A stretch of 64,000 nt of DNA, taken from NCBI GenBank assembly GCA_019058315.1, contig JAHPZH010000003.1, positions 716,451 through 780,450 of the forward strand, read 5' to 3'. This DNA comes from Candidatus Helarchaeota archaeon. GTDB taxonomy: Archaea > Asgardarchaeota > Lokiarchaeia > Helarchaeales > RDOG01. The position numbers were made by a program, and so were the translations under genes. Below the pieces are notes generated by a model. It ran no database searches. It was not told where the DNA came from and saw only the letters and a program-made list of their open reading frames with translations. This document shows positions 38,801 to 48,323 of this stretch, one piece after another; the first letter of the stretch is position 1; every line of letters begins with the position of its first letter.

Positions 38801-41800
38801 TTAAATTGCAAACGGCAAATTTAAAAGATCCCAAATAATCGTTTTATCTTCCCTATCATATATTATTGTATCTAATTTAGTGAAAACAGTGTGGCGGATC
38901 TTGTCCGTAATGGTCTCGTCCTCCACTATTTTCACTAAGAGGTCGAAAAGCACTTCCTTATCCACATCATCACAACATAGTGTGGATTTTATAAATTCAC
39001 ATATGTATTCTATAGTATCTTCTGATTTAACTGTTTTAACAAGGTTAAAGAATTTGTCATTTATTTCCTCCCATTTCAATTGTATATTGCTTAAAGTTCT
39101 ATAATATTCTTTTTGAAAAATATCATCAGTATCTTGAGCAAAATTCCAGATTATATGTCCTATCTTAATTTTTCTACTTAATTTAAGCAATGGAAAATAA
39201 ATTAGTGGATTTAGATCTTGTAATAAAATTGATACTAATTTGGAAGATTCTAGATTATCACCTTCTAAGAAATTTAACATAATCTCAAAAAATATATTTG
39301 AAACAATTTTGTTTAAAGGGTGGGTTAAATAAAATACAGATTTATTTTTTTTGTACTCAGTAATCAACCCATTATAAATCTGAGATAAATGGGTTTGTTC
39401 AATGACTCCAAGTGATAAAGCAATAAATAAAAATCTACCCATGTGAAATATATTAACCCTTTCTGGAAAAATATCCAATATTTTTTCAAATAAATTTTTA
39501 AATCTAGTTTTTAATTTAGCAGAATCATCTGAAAGTCTCTCAAAATAAAAAATAACATTCTCAGATAGTATGATTTGACTTTTAGAATGTTTAATCTCAT
39601 TCTCAATAATATCAAAAATTAGATTTGTTGTTTCCAAATTACTCTTAAATGTAATATTTGGGGATAAGTAATAATGAACAGCTGAAAAATTATGTTCTTC
39701 AAACCATTTATTTATCTTTAAAATAGAATTTAGATTAGAAAAATCTTTCATTAAAGGTGTGCAATCATATGTTAACCAAATTTTAAATTTCAATGGGTCT
39801 ATTTCTTTATTGATAATCCCTGACTCGATTAAATTATTTAATTCTTGAATATCCTCTTGAAATTTCCCAACATCCCTATATTTTTCAATTAAATTTTTTA
39901 AATCTTTATGTAAATTTTTTACATCCTCAACATTTACAAAAAATCCAAAAAGATATCTTATTTCTTCATTAAAAAATGAAAATTCCAGTGTTTCATAAAA
40001 TTTCGATAATTTTTGAAAAAGTTCTTCGTCGGTTGGATTGATCATCAATTCAAAGATGTTAACTAGATACTTTATTACGCTATTAGAATCGTTTGAATAA
40101 AAATCAATAAATTTTTCAATAAGATTTTGTTCTTGGTCAATTAATTTTTTAATTTCTGGATAAATTATATATGGTATTAATATTCTATAATGTTTAAAAT
40201 TTCTAAATCCACGAAATATAATTACTGCCTTATTAAGTAAATAAATAAGGTGTACAACACTCCAAAGCAAGAGATTTTTTTTCAAGTTTTGATTATTCTT
40301 TACTTTTTCTTTTAAATATCTCCTTAAATCGTCATATTCTTCAATCGACCATCTTTTAGTTAGGTAAGACCCCTTAATTAAATTCAAAACTATTAATAAA
40401 TATCCGTTAATAGAAATACCAGTGTCAATATAATACTTGACATTGAGAATTGAAAGATTTATTTGCGATGCAACTTTTTCTAATCCAATATTTATGATTG
40501 AATTTTCTAAAAATTCTATTACCCACTTTTCATTTATATTATTTAAAATACCATTTTTAAGTGTTATAAACATTAAGTTCTTTAATTCTGAGTTCTGCCT
40601 TATTACTTCTAATATTTTTTCATCGAATCCAAACATATGAATATAAAATTCAATTAATCTAGATAATATAATCCCTTTATTTGATTCTATTTGTCTGTCT
40701 AACCAATCCTTAATAATTTGCCTATTTTCAAAATTTTTAAATGCTTCAGAAACCCACTTTATATCCCAATAAGGTATTTTCATATGGAGTAAAGATAATC
40801 CATATTCAATTACCTCTTTTTCAATAATAGAATTTTCAAATATTTTATCTCCTATCATACTAATGATTATTATTGTTCCCCTTCTTAATATATAATCAAA
40901 GTCTGTATCATCAATTTTCTTACAAATTTCAAATATTTTACCAATTTTATCAGGAAATTTTCTATTAATCCTCCCTGCTAGAAAAAAGGCAACGTTCATC
41001 CAATGTCTTTTTAACACAATTCCTTCAAATCTGTTGAAAATTTCATTTTCATTTCTTTTTATATCGCATAAATAAGCTGCTGCCAAAAATTCTCTAATTA
41101 CTGATATTGTAAAACCAAACTTTTCTGCTTTTGGACTCTCAATTAAGACTAATCGCTCACATGATTCTATAAATATCCGTTCCACTAATTCTTGCAAATC
41201 CTCTTCTCTTATTTTGTCTTCTTTTAAAACAAGATAGTAGTAACGGCAATATTTTTTAATTTGCTCTTTAAATTCTTCACTTCCCATAAGAGCAGACGAG
41301 CTTTGTTCTTCCATTCTTTTATGTAAAATAAATCCAAGGTATTTATGAAAACCTAAAATCAGTTCTTTATCTGTTGTTAATAAGAAAGACCGCAACTCTT
41401 TTTCGCGATCATAGACAGCATCAAGATAACGTTGATATAATTCTTCACGACGGGCTGGTGGCGAACCTTCTTTCAAGATAATAATTAATAAAATTGAAGT
41501 TTGATAAGGATTTTTAATAAGTAGATTTACGTTCTTATTTTTTAGACACTCTTCAAATTTTTCTTGTATTCTACTAATTTCCTCTGAATTTAATTTTAAT
41601 GCTCTAATCCATCTTCCTAAAAATTTTCTGGCTTTTTTTTCATCAAAAGGTTTTATTTCTAATTGAACTAAATTTAAAAAATTTAATTCTTCTGAGTAAC
41701 TATGAGGTCTAGAACTAAAAATAATTCTTAGATCACCATTTAATTGATTCCTTATAATATCAATAAAATTTCTGATATTTTCAAAAGTTTTCTCTCTTAA

Positions 41801-43234
41801 ATTGGAGTCAGGAATTTCATCTAACCCGTCCAATAATATTAAAACCTTATTTTTCTTAATAAATTCATGAATATCGTCATATGTCCTCGTAGTTACATTA
41901 TAAATAAAATCTCTCAGATAATGAAATAAATTATAATTAAATTTTCTATTTGACAACTCTTCTGCATAATCTTTAAGAAATATTAAAAAGGGAATTCGAT
42001 AAGGCAATTGACTATTTATTTGGACTTCATCTATATCTTCTAGTAGCTCAGACAATTTTCCAATAATATTAGCACAATATAATTGATTAGTGAATTGAAG
42101 TAATGTAGATTTTCCTGATGCAGGACCTCCCAGAACTAATATATCGGGATATTCTTCATTTAATAAAAATTTATGGGCTAATTTTTCTGGAATTCTCGGA
42201 AATTTTTCTGGAAATTTACCTTTTACATCCAAATCGATAAAAATCTTTTCTATTCTTATATTAGTATTTACTTTTCCACTTAAATAATATAATTTCGTAT
42301 TTTGGTTTGTATTATAACACTCTCGACAAAATATCTTAGTTGTGTCATCTATTTCTATATCATAAATTTGTTCTTCTGAGTCTTGATTTTTTATCAACCA
42401 TTCTATAAATTCAAAACAGAATTTTCCGACTGCCCTCGATGCTTCAATTTTATTTTCATCTTTATAGGGCGTTCCTCTTGAATCCGGATCGGCATTATCC
42501 ATTACGATACGGATATCTACCCATTCTATATTTCGGTAATTTTCTAAAACTTGAGCTGCACCAGCTACTTCCATTTCTATTCCATATAACTTCCATTCTA
42601 TATGTTTTAACGCATCTATTGGATCTTTTAATATATCTTCCCCTTTTTTGGGAGTATCTGCATCTAGTATGTTACCAGAAATTATTTTGCCATTATTCAG
42701 ACATTTAAATTTATTTTGAGGTCTTTCCTTAAGATGAGAAAAAAAATCTCCAGAGAGTTTTTCTCCCCAATTTTTAGATTCAAAAAATCTTTCTACTAAA
42801 TCTACTAACATTTTAGTGGGTCTATAAGGTTCACTATCCATTTTTTCTCCATTATCTGTCTTCTTAACCAAATCATAAGTAATTATTTGTTCAGGTACTA
42901 TCATATCTCCGATAAATACCTTCTTTGAATAAAAACCACCACAAACACCTATAATAAATACAAATCTTGGTTGCCATATTTTTAAGGCTTCTGTTAACAG
43001 ATTTTGTGTTTTTCTAAGTCCTGATTTGATTGGACATATCAGAACAATTGTAAATTCTTTATTTTCTAATTTGATTTTTCCAATATCATAAGGATGAATA
43101 AAATCGGTAAATTTTGGAATCACATTCGTAATTTTATTTGGTAAAAATTCTAGGATTGCATTACGTTCCTCTGTTGTTGGTGCAATAATAATTGCTTCTA
43201 CTTTTATTGGCAAATTTTTCTTTTTATCATCCAT
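38801..43234 (-). CDS. Nucleoside phosphorylase (PNP/MTAN-like)-NACHT STAND NTPase with helical sensor region
   Basis: PNP: GVCGG, GD, EME, IR..D.AD. NACHT: GGPASGKST, LLDGLDE, SSRP. Confidence 0.88.
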   Translation of the reverse strand: MDDKKKNLPIKVEAIIIAPTTEERNAILEFLPNKITNVIPKFTDFIHPYDIGKIKLENKEFTIVLICPIKSGLRKTQNLLTEALKIWQPRFVFIIGVCGGFYSKKVFIGDMIVPEQIITYDLVKKTDNGEKMDSEPYRPTKMLVDLVERFFESKNWGEKLSGDFFSHLKERPQNKFKCLNNGKIISGNILDADTPKKGEDILKDPIDALKHIEWKLYGIEMEVAGAAQVLENYRNIEWVDIRIVMDNADPDSRGTPYKDENKIEASRAVGKFCFEFIEWLIKNQDSEEQIYDIEIDDTTKIFCRECYNTNQNTKLYYLSGKVNTNIRIEKIFIDLDVKGKFPEKFPRIPEKLAHKFLLNEEYPDILVLGGPASGKSTLLQFTNQLYCANIIGKLSELLEDIDEVQINSQLPYRIPFLIFLKDYAEELSNRKFNYNLFHYLRDFIYNVTTRTYDDIHEFIKKNKVLILLDGLDEIPDSNLREKTFENIRNFIDIIRNQLNGDLRIIFSSRPHSYSEELNFLNLVQLEIKPFDEKKARKFLGRWIRALKLNSEEISRIQEKFEECLKNKNVNLLIKNPYQTSILLIIILKEGSPPARREELYQRYLDAVYDREKELRSFLLTTDKELILGFHKYLGFILHKRMEEQSSSALMGSEEFKEQIKKYCRYYYLVLKEDKIREEDLQELVERIFIESCERLVLIESPKAEKFGFTISVIREFLAAAYLCDIKRNENEIFNRFEGIVLKRHWMNVAFFLAGRINRKFPDKIGKIFEICKKIDDTDFDYILRRGTIIIISMIGDKIFENSIIEKEVIEYGLSLLHMKIPYWDIKWVSEAFKNFENRQIIKDWLDRQIESNKGIILSRLIEFYIHMFGFDEKILEVIRQNSELKNLMFITLKNGILNNINEKWVIEFLENSIINIGLEKVASQINLSILNVKYYIDTGISINGYLLIVLNLIKGSYLTKRWSIEEYDDLRRYLKEKVKNNQNLKKNLLLWSVVHLIYLLNKAVIIFRGFRNFKHYRILIPYIIYPEIKKLIDQEQNLIEKFIDFYSNDSNSVIKYLVNIFELMINPTDEELFQKLSKFYETLEFSFFNEEIRYLFGFFVNVEDVKNLHKDLKNLIEKYRDVGKFQEDIQELNNLIESGIINKEIDPLKFKIWLTYDCTPLMKDFSNLNSILKINKWFEEHNFSAVHYYLSPNITFKSNLETTNLIFDIIENEIKHSKSQIILSENVIFYFERLSDDSAKLKTRFKNLFEKILDIFPERVNIFHMGRFLFIALSLGVIEQTHLSQIYNGLITEYKKNKSVFYLTHPLNKIVSNIFFEIMLNFLEGDNLESSKLVSILLQDLNPLIYFPLLKLSRKIKIGHIIWNFAQDTDDIFQKEYYRTLSNIQLKWEEINDKFFNLVKTVKSEDTIEYICEFIKSTLCCDDVDKEVLFDLLVKIVEDETITDKIRHTVFTKLDTIIYDREDKTIIWDLLNLPFAI

Positions 43235-43509
43235 TTTAGCATTCTCCTATCCCTAATAAGAAATATCGAATGTATTAAATTTAATCTTACATTCTAAAAT
43301 ACTAATTAATGTCAACACATATTATTCCAATCTCTCCATAAATATATCTCCTTTTAAGATCGTTTTAAAATCCTCCACATGTAAATTTAAATTATTATTA
43401 TTTGATTCGAGATATGTTATCTTTAATGTAATATTCTTTTTTCTAATGATTCAGTGATACAAAAGAAACGCGCTTAGTTTATTTATTACTTATATCCTTT
43501 TTTTGAGAA

Positions 43510-43689
43510 TTATGATAATATTTCTTTAAAATCTGTTTTATGATTTGCTAAATATTCAATTATTGCATGTCTCATAATATCTGATTTTGAGGGAAATTTC
43601 TTACTCTCAACTAATCTCTCCAATTGTTCGTTAATATGTCTCACTACATGAACAGTGACTATTATCGTTTCTTCTGAAATATCAGGTAT
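43510..43689 (-). CDS. CopG/RHH transcriptional regulator (absent from ORF track; no upstream ATG/GTG/TTG start)
   Basis: IVTVHVVRHINEQLERLVESKKFPSKSDIMRHAIIEYL; frame open 43698-43510. Confidence 0.7.
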   Translation of the reverse strand: MPDISEETIIVTVHVVRHINEQLERLVESKKFPSKSDIMRHAIIEYLANHKTDFKEILS

Positions 43690-43740
43690 ATGACCACGTT
43701 AATAAATCGGGCTCAAAAAATGGAGAAACATCATTCAATT

Positions 43741-44442
43741 TTAAATTGAAAGATTATTTTCAATATTTACTTCTAAATATTTCAAAGGTAAGATTTCATA
43801 CCTGCCATTTTTACTAAAATTTAATTGGCTCATTCCCCTAAATTTCGTGATATAAGCACCAAAGATACGAAGAATCATATTTGGTTTAATATTCTGAATT
43901 TTCTCATCCCAAAGAGCACATTTAATACACCCAGTCTCATCTCCCAACACTGCGTTAGCAACCTTGTGCATTTTTCCGTCCTTTTCTAATCTTACATGCT
44001 TGAGATTATTGACATCCAATACTTTAACTTTTTCTAAATTAATGTTAGTGGTCTTGTGTTTTAGACGGGATATTTTTACGAATTTAAATCCCGGATAATC
44101 GTCTCTTTTCACAAGATTTTCATCTTCTCCATCATCTAATATTGACCATTTACCGTATTTTCCGATATTCAAAAATAATGTTCCATTAAACTCACTGACA
44201 TACCCATTTTCTATAAGAAGGCTATTGCCAAGAGCGATTTTATCTATTACAAACCCCCATACCGTTAAAATCATTGTTCCGGTCTCATCTCTAACCTTAT
44301 ATTCTGCAACTCGTTGTTTCTTATTATTCTTTTTGATTCGAACCATTCGTTCTGATACAAGTTCTAAGATTTTTACTTTAATATTAACACCCCTAGATTC
44401 AGAATTTAAATCTTGAATTTTAATCAGGTCCAAGATACTCAA
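43741..44442 (-). CDS. RPA/SSB-like protein with two OB folds
   Basis: Two copies of 'DETG...WxxxI...I.G.Y...F.G...L..KxG'. Confidence 0.88.
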   Translation of the reverse strand: MSILDLIKIQDLNSESRGVNIKVKILELVSERMVRIKKNNKKQRVAEYKVRDETGTMILTVWGFVIDKIALGNSLLIENGYVSEFNGTLFLNIGKYGKWSILDDGEDENLVKRDDYPGFKFVKISRLKHKTTNINLEKVKVLDVNNLKHVRLEKDGKMHKVANAVLGDETGCIKCALWDEKIQNIKPNMILRIFGAYITKFRGMSQLNFSKNGRYEILPLKYLEVNIENNLSI

Positions 44443-45479
44443 CCCCTTATTTCATCCTGTATAAACCCAGCACCCAATAAATAGACGGAGCAAGATTTTC
44501 GAATGATATCATTACGTTCACCAACAATAAATAATCGTTTATTTGAATCGAATTCATCAAACCTCATCTCAATGCGGGTGACTTCAGCAATCAATTTATA
44601 AAGTGTTGGTACTGTAATGAAATGGTCAGTTTCATTACATAAAAAGACCGTAGCGTTATGTTCCCTTGCAACTTCAACCAAGCGGTCGATTATTTTATTA
44701 TAAATGTCTTTTTCAATAAATAAGTGAATATTTTTCAGATTGAACGTAGTCGTTATGCTGTCGATAAAGATGAGGTTTGCATCAGTGTCACTAATAGTAG
44801 AACTTAAATCATATTTAACAAATGAGTATAGTTCTTCAATTGAGGATATTGAAATCAAAATAACATTGTTTATAATTTCAGTATGGTCAATTCCAAATCT
44901 TTTCGACATTTCAATAATGTGGTCTTCGCTGAAATTTCTTCCGGTGTCCATATAGATTACTGAACTTTTGGGTACCTCATCTTTATGTGAAATAAATGTG
45001 TTACAAATTAGTTGATGAAATAGGCTTGTCTTCCCAACTTTTCTTAGCCCATAAATTTCATAAAGCATCTGTGTAGAAAAGCCATTCTCAAGAACCGCAT
45101 CGAGTTTTTTACTTCCGCTTGAGAAGAAATGGGGTTTTTTTAAAGTCTGTACCTTTTCTTTGTATTCACCAAAGGGCTTTTCATTAATTACAGAATTTGA
45201 ATTTGAGTCTATAAATTTTTGAGTTTGCTTATTGAGCTTATTTTGGGCTTTTTCGTGAATTTCCCAAGCTTTGGCACCTGAAAGTCTGTATTTACGGAAT
45301 ATTGCAACTATCTCAGCACCTAAACGATTTGCTAAATCCATTACTGTAAAAATTTTTTCTCTTGTCAATATGTCTTTAATTGTCACAATTCCATCAGCGG
45401 CTAAGGCATCGATTAACTCCTCGTTAGTTGAGATATCTTCAATTTTATCATTAACACCAGCTATTTTATCTAAACTCAT
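44439..45479 (-). CDS. RadA paralogue (start probably ATG 45479)
   Basis: SGSKKLDAVL.NG, EIYGLRKVGKT, YMDTG, IFIDSI. Confidence 0.85.
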   Translation of the reverse strand: MSLDKIAGVNDKIEDISTNEELIDALAADGIVTIKDILTREKIFTVMDLANRLGAEIVAIFRKYRLSGAKAWEIHEKAQNKLNKQTQKFIDSNSNSVINEKPFGEYKEKVQTLKKPHFFSSGSKKLDAVLENGFSTQMLYEIYGLRKVGKTSLFHQLICNTFISHKDEVPKSSVIYMDTGRNFSEDHIIEMSKRFGIDHTEIINNVILISISSIEELYSFVKYDLSSTISDTDANLIFIDSITTTFNLKNIHLFIEKDIYNKIIDRLVEVAREHNATVFLCNETDHFITVPTLYKLIAEVTRIEMRFDEFDSNKRLFIVGERNDIIRKSCSVYLLGAGFIQDEIRG

Positions 45480-45530
45480 AATCAATAGTTTCACCTTTTA
45501 ATAACAGAATTTTATCAAGCTAGAGAATCT

Positions 45531-45550
45531 CTTTATAAATCTTTTTGTCG
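45531..45550 (-). promoter_or_regulatory. BRE/TATA promoter of the radA-like operon
   Basis: Minus strand CGACAAAAAGA-TTTATAAA about 55 nt upstream of the start. Confidence 0.5.
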
Positions 45551-45561
45551 TGCCAAGGTTA

Positions 45562-45642
45562 TCCGAAGACAAGATTACAGTAGATATTTTAAAGAAATTA
45601 ATTGAATATCGAAAATTTTTAGAGGCAAATAATGCACTTTAA
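45562..45642 (+). pseudogene. Possible orphan 3' tail of the interrupted acyl-CoA synthetase
   Basis: SEDKITVDILKKLIEYRKFLEANNAL* resembles the terminal helix of ACD alpha subunits; same strand as the 5' fragment. Confidence 0.35.
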
Positions 45643-45666
45643 AGAAAAAATTGAAAATTATATTAA

Positions 45667-45891
45667 TTAAATAATTCCATAAAACCAGGGAATCACACCA
45701 GCAAACATTAGAGCGTTGATTACTACACCTAATGCACCGAGAATAAGTCCAATTAATCCTAAATTTTCATTGTTTGCATACGCATAAAAACCCAAGATTA
45801 ATGCTATAAAACAGGGAATGAAGATTGGAAAAATTAGTCCTATCGCTCCCAATATAATGGCAATAATTGAAATTGTTGTTTCTTTCTCCAT
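45667..45891 (-). CDS. Small membrane protein
   Basis: Hydrophobic; GGAG RBS. Confidence 0.65.
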   Translation of the reverse strand: MEKETTISIIAIILGAIGLIFPIFIPCFIALILGFYAYANNENLGLIGLILGALGVVINALMFAGVIPWFYGII

Positions 45892-46037
45892 ATATTTAAC
45901 TCCTAAATTATTTTAATAAAAGAAATATATATTAATGATAATAATTTTAAAAACTATTTTAAATAATTTATGAATTTACCAAAAAAATAGATTAATAAAA
46001 AGAATTTTTTTCTATCAATAACTGAAATAATATTGAA

Positions 46038-46967
46038 TTACATATTATTTTTTATCACTAGTTTATCTTGGCTTTTTATTATTTTTCCTTCATGTTCTAA
46101 TTTATCTAAATGTTGTGAAATTTGATTTTTTTCACCATAATCCTGCCATAATCTATCTGCAAGGTTAGTTGATCGATTTTTAACTGTAATATGAAGTTTC
46201 ACTAATTTTTCAAGTGTATTGTGTCCATTTTCAATTAGATTAAGTATTTTATTATCCCTATCTAAAAGTTGAGAAAGTCTACTTTTGTATTTTTCTTTAA
46301 TTCCTTCTTCTACAGGATCAAGGTGTCCAGATAAGACCATTTTTAGGTTTAGAGAGATCAATCTTTGATATGTATTAATATAATCCAATAAACTCGCTCT
46401 AGCATTACCATACCAAAGACTTTCAAAACCCATATCACCTGCAAATAAAATTTTTTCATCTAATAAAAAACAGCAATGACCAAGAGTATGACCAGGTGAA
46501 AAAATTACTTTTAATATATGATTCCCCAAATCAAATATTTCATTATCAATTATGGTCTTATCTACTTTACAACCCCCTTCAAAATTCCACCATTTCAGAC
46601 GTTGCTTCCAATATTCCTCAAACTCGTCCGCGAAACTCCCTGCTTGTTTTTTTAAACCATCAATTGATTCGACTGCGGCTCTATCTTTTTCATGGATCAT
46701 TAATTTTGCTTTTGTAAGAGATTTCATGAATTTATTCTTTCCACTATGGTCTAGATGGCAATGCGTATTTAAAATTATATCTATTTTACTAATATCTATT
46801 TTATTTTTCTCGAAAAATCGTAAAATTTCTTTTTTTGAAGAGACAAAACCAGTATCAATTAAAATTGTATGATTACTTCCAAAAATTAGATAATTATTCA
46901 TTGAAATGAATCTGAGTTTAGTTTCAATCTTATAAATGGAGTCATTAATTTTTATTAATTCAAGCAT
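46038..46967 (-). CDS. Metallo-beta-lactamase-fold hydrolase
   Basis: THCHLDH, PGHT, GD, GH motifs. Confidence 0.92.
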   Translation of the reverse strand: MLELIKINDSIYKIETKLRFISMNNYLIFGSNHTILIDTGFVSSKKEILRFFEKNKIDISKIDIILNTHCHLDHSGKNKFMKSLTKAKLMIHEKDRAAVESIDGLKKQAGSFADEFEEYWKQRLKWWNFEGGCKVDKTIIDNEIFDLGNHILKVIFSPGHTLGHCCFLLDEKILFAGDMGFESLWYGNARASLLDYINTYQRLISLNLKMVLSGHLDPVEEGIKEKYKSRLSQLLDRDNKILNLIENGHNTLEKLVKLHITVKNRSTNLADRLWQDYGEKNQISQHLDKLEHEGKIIKSQDKLVIKNNM

Positions 46968-47420
46968 TTATTTACCTCTTTGAGCAAGACTAATAGCTTT
47001 CTTTTTGAATGCTTCGCTTCTCTCCTTTTCATCCATTTCTAGAGCATATCTTGCAGCGAAATTGTAGTATTTACTCGCATCATCCCATCGACCTTCAGTT
47101 ATAGCTACTTCAGCTATCTCCAAAGCCTCATTTATTTGTCCTTCTAATTTTTCAATATTTTTCGCGGCTTTAAGACGTTGTTTTTCTATTTTTGCTTTAT
47201 TTCTTATTCTTAATTCTCGATTTTTTAATTCATTTGATCGATCAATTAATTCCCTAGCAAATTCTAAGTCTCCAATATCTTTTGATAGATTACTCGCTAA
47301 TTTATAAAGTCTAGCTGCATCTAGAATTCTAAATTCATCCTCTGCTAATTTAGCCTCGTCCAGAACCTTTTTTCTTTCAGCTTCTAATGCATTTTTCTGG
47401 TTTTTCTTTTGTTTACCCAT
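46968..47420 (-). CDS. Helical (TPR/MIT-like) hypothetical protein
   Basis: Two 'A..A...DAA..Y..A' helical hairpins. Confidence 0.6.
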   Translation of the reverse strand: MGKQKKNQKNALEAERKKVLDEAKLAEDEFRILDAARLYKLASNLSKDIGDLEFARELIDRSNELKNRELRIRNKAKIEKQRLKAAKNIEKLEGQINEALEIAEVAITEGRWDDASKYYNFAARYALEMDEKERSEAFKKKAISLAQRGK

Positions 47421-47427
47421 TCTATTT

Positions 47428-47868
47428 TCAAGTTTTTTTTACTTTTACTTGCATTACTTCCAAAACATAACCTAAAGTATCGACAGTATCAAAATATGCT
47501 ATCTTAAGTCCTGCTACAATCCCATTAAATAATTGTTTTATACCCTTTGATTCTAATTCTTTTATTGCTTCTTCAATATCCTCTACGTATAATCCTAGGT
47601 GATGAATTCCACCATTAGGATTTTTTTCTAAAAAATCGTCATAAACAGCTTTACCTTCAAGTTTTTGCATAATTTCTATCTGCATTTCACCAATAGTGGC
47701 AAAAGCTAATCTTTCTTTAATTGGATCTATTTTTTCTTTATAAATATTCTTTCTAGTTTTTACATCTAGCGTATTCATTTCAGATAATCCAAAAATATCT
47801 TTAAAATGTTCAACTTTTTCGGAAATATCTTTAAATACTAATCCAATATGCCTAATTTCACCTTTCAT
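47428..47868 (-). CDS. VOC/glyoxalase family (methylmalonyl-CoA epimerase-like)
   Basis: HIG, QIEIMQ, GIHHLG, LEV. Confidence 0.9.
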   Translation of the reverse strand: MKGEIRHIGLVFKDISEKVEHFKDIFGLSEMNTLDVKTRKNIYKEKIDPIKERLAFATIGEMQIEIMQKLEGKAVYDDFLEKNPNGGIHHLGLYVEDIEEAIKELESKGIKQLFNGIVAGLKIAYFDTVDTLGYVLEVMQVKVKKT

Positions 47869-47882
47869 TTAATTCACTCCTC

Positions 47883-48323
47883 TTAAGTTTTTTTACTTTT
47901 CACCTCAATTAATTCCAATATATAACCAAGTAAGTCGGTTGTATCAAAATACGCAAATCTTAGCCCAACGACGATACCATTCCAAATTTGTTTTATACCC
48001 TTTGATTCCCATTCCTTAATAGCTTCTTCAAATTTATCAGTATAGACGCCCAAATGGTGAATTCCTCTTCCACCTTTTTCCAAGAATGAATCATAAACTG
48101 TTTTACCTTCAAGGGGTTGAATAAATTCGACTTGTGTATTACCAATCATCGCTAAGGCAAAACGTAATTTGATAGGGTTTTCTAATTTTTCTTTAAACAT
48201 ATTTTTTTTAATTTTAGCATCAAGAATATCGACTTTTTCTAATCCAAACACCTTTTTAAAATTTTCAACAGGTTCAGAAATGTCTTTATATACCAATCCA
48301 ATTTGTCTTATTTCACCAATCAT
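47883..48323 (-). CDS. VOC/glyoxalase family, tandem paralogue
   Basis: QIG, QVEFIQP, GIHHLG, LELIE. Confidence 0.9.
   Translation of the reverse strand: MIGEIRQIGLVYKDISEPVENFKKVFGLEKVDILDAKIKKNMFKEKLENPIKLRFALAMIGNTQVEFIQPLEGKTVYDSFLEKGGRGIHHLGVYTDKFEEAIKEWESKGIKQIWNGIVVGLRFAYFDTTDLLGYILELIEVKSKKT

Larger units (their letters stand above)
5706..45560. mobile_element. ~40 kb integrated element: TnpB, helicase-Cas1-DHH fusion, AEP, RadA/RPA and defence cargo (casposon-like)
   Basis: Left end is sharp (hairpin plus truncated host gene). Right end is inferred from the radA promoter, a putative host-gene tail at ~45560-45642 and the return to housekeeping genes. Confidence 0.75.

Noticed and set aside
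5706-45560. Provirus
   Set aside because: No recognisable capsid, terminase, portal or packaging ATPase, although divergent virion genes could escape motif reading.
45500-45600. Casposon-type TIRs or target-site duplication
   Set aside because: Manual comparison with 5690-5810 and 7220-7500 found no convincing match.
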